A stretch of DNA of 64,000 nucleotides, taken from assembly GCA_963828735.1 (NCBI GenBank), contig CAWHFW010000002.1, positions 928,001 to 992,000 on the forward strand, in the 5' to 3' direction. Position 1 is the stretch's first letter, and the number at the start of each line of letters is the position of its first letter. Positions 39,747 to 48,886 of the stretch are shown in pieces. Under the pieces are notes generated by a model. That model saw only the letters and a program-made list of their open reading frames with translations, made no database searches and was not told the DNA's origin. The DNA is from an uncultured Gemmatimonadales bacterium. Lineage in GTDB: Bacteria; Gemmatimonadota; Gemmatimonadetes; Gemmatimonadales; GWC2-71-9. The position numbers and the translations under genes are program-made.

Positions 39747-40784
39747 CTAGCCCGCGGTGGTATCGCTCGCGCCGGTGGTATCGCCTGGTGTGGTCGTATC
39801 GGGCGGCGTGGGATGGCGAAGGCATGACGTGCCGCCTCGCGCCGCGGCGGCGACGGCGATCGTGTCCAGCGCGGCGCGTATGTCGGGGCGCCGCTCGTAC
39901 TCGGGATCGTGACGCCAAATGAAGAAGGCGCAGGCGTACGGCGTGTCCGCTAGAGTGACGCCGGCGTGCTGCAACTCCGCTCCGGTCATTCGCCAGTGCC
40001 CCTGTCTCGTGCCCGGGATTCCACTCGACCCATCGCCACCATTGACCACGTTCAGTCCAAAGATGAGCCCCAGCCCGAGCTCCTTGGCATACGCCACGTT
40101 TTCGTCCCGGAACTCCTCGGGGGTGCGTCCCGCGCCGCCGCCCTGCAGCGGCCCGGCCCACTGAGGCCATGCGATATCCAGATAGTGCCAGTCAAAGCCT
40201 CGTAGAAGACGAGGGCGAACGCCGCCCACTGTGGTCGGCAAGGATGGCCATATCGACTTGGAGTAGTGCGCCATCTCCTCGATCTCTTCCATCGATATCG
40301 CACGGCCTCCCCAGGTGCCAGGCGACAGTGGCTCGTCCACGAGATAATGGGCCAGCACGAGCCCTTCCGTGACGTAAGGGGCGAAATCGACATCTCGGTA
40401 CTGGTCGATCTCGCGCTTCCACAGCTCGAGATTGAATGTGCCGTCCGGGTTTACATAACGCCGTTGGCCACCGGCCAGATTGAGCACGAGGCGAATCTTG
40501 GTGCTCTGCGCACTCCGAAGAAGAGCCGGAAGGCTGCTCCGCCTTGTCGCCGTGACAGCGCCCGTATACGGACGGCCGAACTCGGACTCCTGTGGATCGA
40601 ACTGCCCCAGCGGGATCCCCTGCCCCACACCGGCGAAGGACGAGTCGGGACCTCCCGGACCGGCGTCCGGGAACTCATTCGATTGTCGCTGCTCGAGGAT
40701 GTCACATGCGGTGACGAGCAGAGCGAACGAGATGCACGCGCATACCCAGCCACTACGGGAAGGGCAGACCCTGATCTGCTTCAT
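39747..40784 (-). CDS. Hypothetical lipoprotein, possible glycoside-hydrolase-like TIM barrel
   Basis: Lipobox VTAC, HYLVDEP motif, C-terminal DTT repeats. Confidence 0.65.
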   Translation of the reverse strand: MKQIRVCPSRSGWVCACISFALLVTACDILEQRQSNEFPDAGPGGPDSSFAGVGQGIPLGQFDPQESEFGRPYTGAVTATRRSSLPALLRSAQSTKIRLVLNLAGGQRRYVNPDGTFNLELWKREIDQYRDVDFAPYVTEGLVLAHYLVDEPLSPGTWGGRAISMEEIEEMAHYSKSIWPSLPTTVGGVRPRLLRGFDWHYLDIAWPQWAGPLQGGGAGRTPEEFRDENVAYAKELGLGLIFGLNVVNGGDGSSGIPGTRQGHWRMTGAELQHAGVTLADTPYACAFFIWRHDPEYERRPDIRAALDTIAVAAAARGGTSCLRHPTPPDTTTPGDTTGASDTTAG

Positions 40785-41327
40785 GAGCGCTACGGCCTGA
40801 TCGGTCTTTCCGTCCACCTTGAAGCCCCGGACTCCGGCACCTACGGTGTAGGTCGGCGACTTGATGACGATGCCCCTTCGCCGTCTCGATGGCGGCGGGC
40901 CTACCCCAGGCGGACTTGAACTCAGGTGATGAGCGGCGTGTCAGAGGGGGAGTCGCTCAACCATGCGCCGTCCGACGGAGTCGTGCCATTGAACCTTGGT
41001 CGAGGTTGGATCCGTTCAATACGACGTAGTCGGGAAATCGACATCGCCAGGTCAGTGGTCAGAACTGGAACACGATCCTGAGCTTGGGGTTGGTGTCGGG
41101 AACGTTCGCAATTGTAACGGCGTGAGCCTCGGGAGTTTCGGCTGGCCTAGTTTGGAGTGTCAGACGGCATGGTGCGCTCCTCGCCTAGGCTTGTCGGTCC
41201 CGATGTGTTGCCCTCGAATCGATGGCCTCGACGCGTCGGTGGGGTGGTCGCTCGCGTACGCTCCTTTCTTAAGGAGAGCCGTCTGGTTGCGGCTGAAACA
41301 GTTGGACCTTGGGCCACAGGAGGGCGT

Positions 41328-42464
41328 CTGGCCGGTTACGATGTGATCGTGCTAGGTCTCGGGGGGATGGGCAGCGCGACGCTGTTCCATCTCGCCCGCC
41401 GGGGCGTGCGGGTGCTCGGGCTCGAGCGCTTCGACCTCGTGCATGAGTACGGCTCCTCCCACGGGCTCACCCGCATCATCCGGCTCGCCTATTGGGAACA
41501 TCCCACGTACGTCTCGCTCTTGCGGCGCGCGTACGAGTTGTGGCGCGAGCTCGAAGGCCTCGCGGGCGAGCGTCTCCTTCACATCACCGGCAGCGTGGAT
41601 GCCGGCCCCCGGGACGGTGCGATCTTCCAGGGCGCGCTCAAATCGAGCGAATTGCACGGCCTCCCCCACGAGGTGATGGACGGTGCCGAGCTGCATCGGC
41701 GCTTTCCAGGGTACCGGCTGCCGGCGTCGATCCTGGGCCTGTACCAGCCCGAAGGCGGCTTCCTCCTGCCCGAGCGATGCGACGTCGCGCACATCGATCA
41801 GGCCTTGGCACACGGCGCCGAGGTTCATTGCCGCGAGCCGGTCCTGGATTGGGGCGCGGAGAGCGGACGCGTGTGGGTGCGCACGACCCGCGGGCGCTAC
41901 GAGGCCGGCCGCCTCGTTGTGTGTGCCGGCCCCTGGGCATCGAAGCTCGTCCCCGAGCTGCGCGGCCTCGCCGTCCCGGAACGCCAGGTGCTGGCATGGC
42001 TCAACCCGGCCCGGCCCGAGTATTTCCTGCCGAGCGCGTTCCCGGTTTTCAATCTGGAAGTCGAGGAGGGCCGCTACTACGGCTTCCCGAGCTTCCTGAT
42101 TCCCGGCTTCAAGTTCGGGAAATACCACCACCGGCAGGAACAGGTGGACGCCGACGAGGTGAACCGCGAGCCCGAGGCGGAGGACGAGGAGCTGCTCCGC
42201 GCCTTCGCGAGGCGCTACTTCCCCGACGGGGACGGACCCACCCTCATGCTGAAGGCGTGTCTCTTCACCAACAGCCCCGACCGGCACTTCATCCTGGACC
42301 GCCATCCGGCGCACCCGGAGGTCGCCGTCGCCGCAGGATTCTCCGGCCACGGCTACAAGTTCTGCAGCGTGATCGGCGAGGTGATGGCCGACCTGGTCCA
42401 CGCGGACCGGCCTCGCCACGACATCGAATTCTTCCGACTCGACCGATTCGCCCCCACCGCCTGA
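41328..42464 (+). CDS. solA: N-methyl-L-tryptophan / monomeric sarcosine oxidase
   Basis: YDVIVLGLGGMGSA, GSSHGLTRIIR, CLFTNSPD and GFSGHGYKF motifs. Start uncertain (CTG 41328). Confidence 0.9.
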   Translation: MAGYDVIVLGLGGMGSATLFHLARRGVRVLGLERFDLVHEYGSSHGLTRIIRLAYWEHPTYVSLLRRAYELWRELEGLAGERLLHITGSVDAGPRDGAIFQGALKSSELHGLPHEVMDGAELHRRFPGYRLPASILGLYQPEGGFLLPERCDVAHIDQALAHGAEVHCREPVLDWGAESGRVWVRTTRGRYEAGRLVVCAGPWASKLVPELRGLAVPERQVLAWLNPARPEYFLPSAFPVFNLEVEEGRYYGFPSFLIPGFKFGKYHHRQEQVDADEVNREPEAEDEELLRAFARRYFPDGDGPTLMLKACLFTNSPDRHFILDRHPAHPEVAVAAGFSGHGYKFCSVIGEVMADLVHADRPRHDIEFFRLDRFAPTA

Positions 42465-42524
42465 GGCCGGGAGCGCGCTCCGGTCTCCGGATGCTCACCC
42501 GCCAATGGAGCCGCGAAGGCCAGC

Positions 42525-43943
42525 TCAGCACTCCGGCAGGTTGACCGCGATCTGGAGCGCCAGGCCACCCTCCGCCGTCTCCTTGTACTTGGCGTTCATG
42601 TCCTGGGCCGTCTGCCACATCGTCGCGATGGCGGTATCGAGCGGGATCTTGGCGTCGGCGGGGTCGCTGGCCAGCGCCAGGGTGGAGGCCGTGATCGCCT
42701 TGACCGCCCCCATCGTATTGCGCTCGATGCAGGGGATCTGAACCAGCCCGGCCACCGGATCGCAGGTGAGGCCGAGGTGGTGCTCCAGGGCAATTTCCGC
42801 GGCCATGGCCACCTGCGCGGGGGTGCCGCCCAGGCACTGGGCGAGTCCCGCCGCCGCCATCGCGCTCGACACGCCGATCTCCGCCTGACATCCGCCCATC
42901 GCCGCCGAGATCGTCGCCATCTTCTTGATGATGCTGCCCATCTCGCCGGCGGTGAGGAGGAAACGCTCGATACCTCTCGCGTCGCCCTGGCAGAAGCAGA
43001 GGTAGTACAACAGCACCGCGGGGACCACGCCGGCCGCTCCGTTGGTCGGCGCCGTCACCACCCGGCCGAAGCCCGCGTTCTCCTCGTTCACCGCCAACGC
43101 GAAGCAGCTCACCCAGGTGAGCATCTCCTGGAACGCCGGGCAACGGTTCCGGATCGCCTCGATCCAGGACTCGACGTCCGGCGAGGTCTCGGAGCCGAGC
43201 ATCCCGGTGCTCAGTCCGGCGGCGCGCCGGACCACGCCGAGCCCTCCGGGGAGGAGCCCTCGCGTGTGGCATCCGCGGAAGATGCAGTCCTTCATCGCCG
43301 TCCAGATTGAATCCAGGCCCCGATGGATCTCCTCCGGCGTGCGCCAGACGAGCTCATTTCGCCAGACGATGTCCGGCACCGTCATGCCGTGAGCGGTGCA
43401 GTAATCGAGGAGGTCGTTGGCCGTATCGATCGGGAATGGGAGCGTCACCGATGGCCCGCCGTGATCGGGCTCGCCTTCCTGAACCGTGAAGCCGCCCCCG
43501 ACGGAGTAGTACGTCTCCGCGCGGCTCGAACCGTCCGCGAGGATGGCGGTGAACGTCATGCCGTTGGGATGCTGGGGGAGACTGGTCAGGGAGTTGAAAC
43601 GGCATTCGGCGGCGGGATCGAAGCGAACGGGGCGTTGCCCGCCGAGGGCGATGGTCCGCGATCGGCGGATCGCTTCGATCTTCGAGGGGATGGCTGCGGT
43701 ATCGCAGGTCACCGGGTCTTCGTTGGCGAGTCCCATCATGACCGCCATGTCGGCCATGTGCCCTCTGCCAGTCTTGGCGAGGGAGCCGTAGAGGTCCACC
43801 TGGACCCCTACGATGGAGTCGAAGACCCCGAGCTCCCGCCACCGCCGCACGGCGCGCTGGGCCGCCCGCCACGGGCCCAGGGTATGGGAGCTCGAGGGAC
43901 CCACCCCGATCTTGAAGATGTCGAAGACACTGATGGCGGCCAT
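42525..43943 (-). CDS. sdaA: L-serine ammonia-lyase (Fe-S dependent)
   Basis: IGVGPSSSHT, VTAPTNGAAG, GGCQAEIG and GLTCDP..QIPCIERN motifs. Confidence 0.95.
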   Translation of the reverse strand: MAAISVFDIFKIGVGPSSSHTLGPWRAAQRAVRRWRELGVFDSIVGVQVDLYGSLAKTGRGHMADMAVMMGLANEDPVTCDTAAIPSKIEAIRRSRTIALGGQRPVRFDPAAECRFNSLTSLPQHPNGMTFTAILADGSSRAETYYSVGGGFTVQEGEPDHGGPSVTLPFPIDTANDLLDYCTAHGMTVPDIVWRNELVWRTPEEIHRGLDSIWTAMKDCIFRGCHTRGLLPGGLGVVRRAAGLSTGMLGSETSPDVESWIEAIRNRCPAFQEMLTWVSCFALAVNEENAGFGRVVTAPTNGAAGVVPAVLLYYLCFCQGDARGIERFLLTAGEMGSIIKKMATISAAMGGCQAEIGVSSAMAAAGLAQCLGGTPAQVAMAAEIALEHHLGLTCDPVAGLVQIPCIERNTMGAVKAITASTLALASDPADAKIPLDTAIATMWQTAQDMNAKYKETAEGGLALQIAVNLPEC

Positions 43944-43954
43944 CAACGGGAGCG

Positions 43955-44470
43955 CTAGAACGACAGCTTCACGCCTTTCCCCTGCGCCTCACCTCCGCCC
44001 TCGGCCGGCTTGCCCGCGGCATCGAACTGATCGTACTTGATCTTCGAGACGAACGACTTGCCGTCGTCGGCGATGGTGATCCGCTCCACGAATACGCCCC
44101 GGCCTGCCGGGCCCCAGCCGCCACCCTTCACGATCTCGTCGAAGGCCGCCGGAGCCTTGGTCACATAGAACTCGTACTTGGCCTCGAACGCCCTGTCGCC
44201 GACCTTCCGCCAAATCCCGTAGGCTGGCGGCACGGGCGGGGACGCGTCGTAGTTCGATGACTCCGTCATCGTCCCGCCCTGGTTGAACGCGTACATGAAC
44301 TCGAGGTCCTTGATCGTGGCGAAGGCGCCGCTGCTGAATTGGAGCTGGGCGCGCCACTCGCCGGCCAGGTCAAGCGCGGCCGGGTTACTCGCGGAGGGCG
44401 CCGGTCGCAGCCAGGCGGCGACGCCGACGAGGGCAAGCACTAACAGCGACAGTCGAGATATGGTGCGCAT
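43955..44470 (-). CDS. Secreted or membrane-anchored hypothetical beta-barrel (lipocalin-like)
   Basis: N-terminal hydrophobic segment, LAGEW and YGIWRK motifs. Confidence 0.7.
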   Translation of the reverse strand: MRTISRLSLLVLALVGVAAWLRPAPSASNPAALDLAGEWRAQLQFSSGAFATIKDLEFMYAFNQGGTMTESSNYDASPPVPPAYGIWRKVGDRAFEAKYEFYVTKAPAAFDEIVKGGGWGPAGRGVFVERITIADDGKSFVSKIKYDQFDAAGKPAEGGGEAQGKGVKLSF

Positions 44471-44551
44471 CGGATTCGTCTCCCGGTGTAACCGAATCGT
44501 GGTGTTTTCTCCATGGTCGTTAGCTAGCGACATGATACGCGCGGCCGGTGC

Positions 44552-45335
44552 CTACTTCAGCGTCAGGATCCACCGGACGATGGCATGGACGTCCGCGTCA
44601 GGCACCTGCGGGTTTGGAATCATCGGAACCTGGCCCCAGACCCCCGATCCGCCGTTCTTCACCTTGTCGATGAGCTTGGACTCCACATCCTTGCCCCGAT
44701 ACTTGGCGGCGACGTCCTTGAAGGCCGGACCGATCACCTTGTGATCGACCGCGTGGCACGCCGTGCAACCGTACTTCGCTGGCATCTGCTCGGGGGATAC
44801 CGCCGCCTCGGCTTCCGGTGCCGCGGGAGCGGCCGCGGCCGGTGCGGCGGCCGCCGGCGGCGTGGGCGCCGCGTTGCCTCCGGGCAGCCACGACGTGGTC
44901 GGGACGAAGGCCGGCACCGCTTGCGCCTTGATGTAGGCCACCAGCATCCACACGCCGTCGGTGCCCACGACTCCGCCGTACGCGGGCATTCCCTTCGGCC
45001 GCCCGTAGAAGATCGACGTGAATATTTCGTCGTCCGACTCCGCCGTAGCGCCAGCGGCCGTCGACCAGGCTCGGGCCGACCCATCCGACGGCGCCGCCGC
45101 CGTGGCAGCCGTCGCAGTTCATCGAGCTGAACAGAGTAGCTCCGGCGTCCGGGTTGAGCTTGGCTGGCCGCGGAGCATTGAGGGCGTTGGCGACCGGGAA
45201 CGCGCCGCCAGCCGGGATGCGGTCCTCCCTTTTGACCTCGGATCCGGTGGCCGGAGCCTTGGACTCGCCGCCCGATTTGCAAGCCGCCGCGGCAACGACC
45301 GCGAGCAGCGTGATGACGTGTCTGGTGGTTGGCAT
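44552..45335 (-). CDS. Di-haem cytochrome c lipoprotein, with one frameshift near 45039
   Basis: Lipobox AAAC. CDGCH..WRYGG/SDDEIF..GRPKGMPAY domain, Ala/Pro linker, then CTACH..GVWGQVPM c551/c552 domain. Confidence 0.8.
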
Positions 45336-45352
45336 GGTGTTCTTCCTCTCCG

Positions 45353-47155
45353 TTAGAGCCCGAAGATCCAGACGATGCCACCCTGGCTGGTATGCCGCCC
45401 GATGTCCTTGTACGGATCGGATGGCGGGCGCACGTCCGCGGGATCATCGGAGCGGACGTCCCCCGCCAACAGGAACCAGTCGCCGCCGATGCCGGCATAC
45501 ACCGCCACGTACTGCTTCCCGTCGGGACCCCGGAAGCTCATCGGGTTGCCCACGACTCCAGAGCCGACCTTGAACTTGGAGAGGAGCTTGCCGGTCTTCG
45601 CGTCCACGGCCTTGAACCACCCGTCCAGCGTGCCGTAGAACGCCACGTCACCGGCGGTGACCAGGGCCCCGCTCCAGTTGGGGAAGTGCTCCTTGTCCTC
45701 CCATACCTTCTTCCCGGTGCTCGCGTCCCATGCCATGAATGCGCCGAGGTTGCCCCCGGGGCCCGCGAAGTAGGGGGTGCCCGCGCCGATGTAGGGAGTC
45801 CCGCGGAAGTGCTGAGCCGGCACGGCCGCGTAGTCCATGCACATGTTGTTCGTCGACGTGTAGAACAGTCCCGTTCGCGGCGAGTACGCCGCCGGCGACG
45901 ACGGGCTCACTCCCCCTTCGAGACTGGGGCAGACGCCCTTCACGTTGCCCTTGGATGCGCCGGTCTGCTTGGTGGAATCCAGCACCGGGCGGCCGGTCTT
46001 GAGATCGATGCTCTTGGCCCAGGTCACCTGGACGTAGGAGGGTGCCGCGAGCACCTCACCGGTGGCACGGTCGAGCGTGTACTGGAAGCCGTTCTTGTTG
46101 AACGTCACCAGGGCCTTCCGCACCTTTCCGCCGATCTTGATGTCGGCCAGGATCATGGTGGAGACGGCGTCGTAGTCCCAGTTGTCGTGCGGGGTGAACT
46201 GATACGCCCAGACCAGCGAGCCGTCGGAGGGATGGCGCGCGAGGACGCTCGCGGTCCATTTGTTGTCGCCGACACGCTGCTCGGCGTTGTAGGGCGATGG
46301 ATTGCCCACGCCGTAGTACACCAGGTCCAGCTCCGGATCGTAGGACATCCACCCCCACACCGGAGCGCCTCCGATCTTGTACGCGGTATCCGGCCAGGTC
46401 GTCTTCCCCAGGTCGGTGCCCTTGTCGTAGAACGGCTTGAAGCTGCCGGGCTTGATCAGCATGTCGGCATCGGGACCGATGTTGCGCCCTGTCCAGACGA
46501 TCTTGCCGGTCTTGAGATCGAGCCCCTTCGTAAAGCCGTAGATGCCGAACTCGCCGCCGGAGGCGCCGACGATGACGCGATCCTTGACGACGAAGGGCGC
46601 CATCGGCGTCGTCTCGCCCTCGCCGAGATCGGCGATCTGTGTCTTCCACAGCTCCTTGCCCGACTCGGCGTCCACGGCGACCGTATGCCCGTCGAGCAGG
46701 TTGTAGATGATCTTTCCGTCGGCGTAGAATGCGCCCCGGTTGATCACGTCGCAGCAGGACTCGCCGATCGCATTGGGGCTCACGTCCGGACGGTACTTCC
46801 ACTTGAGCGGATAGCCATCCTGGGTGAGGTCGAAGGCGTAGAGCACGTTCGGCCAGGGGGTGACCACGTACATGGTGTTCTTCACGACCAGCGGCTGGCC
46901 CTGGTGGCCCGCCAGGACCCCCGTGGAGAAGGTCCAGACCGGACGCAGCCGCGTCGCATTAGCCGCGGTGATCTGGGCCAGCGGGCTGTAGCGGGTCGAA
47001 GCGAGGTCCCTGGCGGGCATCGTCCACTCGCCGTCGGCCGCGCTCTGCGCCGAAGCCTGGCCGCCCAGCAGCCCTGAGAAACACCCCAGCGCGGCGAGCA
47101 TGCCCGCCACCCTGAGTCCTCGAGACCGGTGGTTGTTCGTAGCGAGGATCTGCAT
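45353..47155 (-). CDS. PQQ-dependent methanol/ethanol-family dehydrogenase, XoxF-like (probably lanthanide-dependent)
   Basis: CCDVINRG, GGEFG, GNPSPYN and TPHDNWDYD motifs, signal peptide, GGAGG RBS. Confidence 0.9.
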   Translation of the reverse strand: MQILATNNHRSRGLRVAGMLAALGCFSGLLGGQASAQSAADGEWTMPARDLASTRYSPLAQITAANATRLRPVWTFSTGVLAGHQGQPLVVKNTMYVVTPWPNVLYAFDLTQDGYPLKWKYRPDVSPNAIGESCCDVINRGAFYADGKIIYNLLDGHTVAVDAESGKELWKTQIADLGEGETTPMAPFVVKDRVIVGASGGEFGIYGFTKGLDLKTGKIVWTGRNIGPDADMLIKPGSFKPFYDKGTDLGKTTWPDTAYKIGGAPVWGWMSYDPELDLVYYGVGNPSPYNAEQRVGDNKWTASVLARHPSDGSLVWAYQFTPHDNWDYDAVSTMILADIKIGGKVRKALVTFNKNGFQYTLDRATGEVLAAPSYVQVTWAKSIDLKTGRPVLDSTKQTGASKGNVKGVCPSLEGGVSPSSPAAYSPRTGLFYTSTNNMCMDYAAVPAQHFRGTPYIGAGTPYFAGPGGNLGAFMAWDASTGKKVWEDKEHFPNWSGALVTAGDVAFYGTLDGWFKAVDAKTGKLLSKFKVGSGVVGNPMSFRGPDGKQYVAVYAGIGGDWFLLAGDVRSDDPADVRPPSDPYKDIGRHTSQGGIVWIFGL

Positions 47156-47514
47156 TCGGCCTCCTTCCGGCCTGACATCCGGCGTGAGACAACGGTGATA
47201 CGTGCAGCGGTTGGGTCCCGGGGCCCGGGCACGTGCGACCGCGCGCTGCCGCCAGGGCCCGAAGGCCACGCGCGCGCGCACGCGACTCCCTGGCGAATGT
47301 GTCGACGGTGACCCGGGTGGACTACTAGACCTAGTGTGGTAGGCGCCGGGAGGCGGCGGGACCGTCGAATCCCACCAGAGGCTGGACCAAGGTCCATCTT
47401 GGATCGAGTGTCGCCGCGGCGTATCTCCTCTCCCCACAGCCAGTTCACCGTCGCGTCCAGGAAGGCTCCCGAGACAGCATCATCGTTGCCTCGGGCTCAA
47501 TCGCCGGGAGGTCC

Positions 47515-48704
47515 ATACGGGCTCGCCCACGAACGACCCGGTTGATTTCTCGCTGGTGCTCGGCGGGCCCTTGTACCAGGTCCTGCGGCGGACTCATCTG
47601 GCTGGAGATGGGCTGCAGCTGCTGCGCCGCCGCATCCTCGTGCTGACGGGTTTCGCATGGGTGCCGCTGCTCGTCCTGTCGGTGGTGGAAGGTCATGCCT
47701 GGGGACCGAGCGTGGCACTCCCGTTCCTCTACGACGTCGACACCCACGTCCGCTTTCTGGTGGCGATGCCGCTGCTGATCCTGGCGGAGATGGTCGTGCA
47801 CCAGCGCATACGGCCCACGGCGCTTCAATTCCTCGATCGCCACCTGATCCCCGATTCGGCGCGCGCGGCCTTCGACGAAGCCATCGCCTCGGCGATGCGA
47901 TGGCGTAATTCGGTCGCGGCGGAGATCGCCCTCGTGGCGGTGGTCTACATCGTCGGTGTGGGATTCCTCTGGCGGACGCAGATTGCCCTCATCGCGACCA
48001 GCTGGCACGGCGTGCCGGTCCATGGGGCATGGCATCCGTCGATCGCCGGGTGGTGGCTCGGCCTGGTGAGCCTTCCGCTGTTCCAGTTCCTGCTGCTCCG
48101 GTGGTATTTCCGGCTGATCATCTGGACGCGGTTTCTGTGGCACGTGTCGCGCATCCAGCTGAGCCTCATGCCGACCCATCCGGACCGCTGCGGCGGCCTG
48201 GGCTTCCTCGCCTCGGTCGGCTACACCTTCGCGCCGCTGCTCGTGGCCCAAGGGGCCTTGCTGGCCGGGCTGATGGCCAACCGGATCTTCTACGCCGGCG
48301 CCAGGCTGCCCGAATTCAAGGTGGAGCTGATCGGAATCGTGGCCGTGATGGTCTTCGCCCTCCTCGGGCCGCTGCTCGTCTTCAGTCCACAGCTCGAAGC
48401 CGCCAAGCGCGTCGGCCTGCGCGAGTACGGCGTGCTGGCGCAGCGCTACGTCCGCGAGTACGACCGCAAATGGCTTCGGGGGGGTGCGCCGCCGGACGAG
48501 CCGTTCCTCGGCAGTGGCGACATCCAGTCATTGGCAGACCTGGCGAACAGCTTCGAGGTGGTGAAGGACATGCGGTGGGCGCCGTTCGGCTTGACCACCG
48601 TGCTGCAGCTGGCCGTGTTGACCTTGATGCCGGTGCTGCCTCTGACGCTGACGATGGTATCGCTGGAGGAATTGCTCGACCGCCTGCTCAAGATCGTGTT
48701 CTGA
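47515..48704 (+). CDS. Conserved hypothetical multi-pass membrane protein
   Basis: DFSLVLGGPLY, HPDRCGGLGFL and GDIQSLADLANSF motifs. Start codon apparently damaged at 47515. Confidence 0.8.
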
Positions 48705-48832
48705 CGCCCGCCCTGTCCGGCGTCGGGGTCCATCCCCCCCAAAAGAAATGGTCCAGGCCAGCGATGGTCCGACCCGGCGCCGACCCCGCGCCGGATAGTC
48801 CATGGTTGCTGCCGCTCCCATATTCTCGCCCG

Positions 48833-48862
48833 TTGACATGACGCTCGTGACGGCAGCACCAT
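48833..48862 (+). promoter_or_regulatory. Possible sigma70 promoter for asnB
   Basis: TTGACA-18 nt-CACCAT. Confidence 0.35.
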
Positions 48863-48886
48863 GAAACACTCCAGCAAGGACGGCGT

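Noticed and set aside
47160..47510. pqqA precursor peptide near the dehydrogenase
   Set aside because: No short ORF with the ExxxY motif and an RBS was found by eye.
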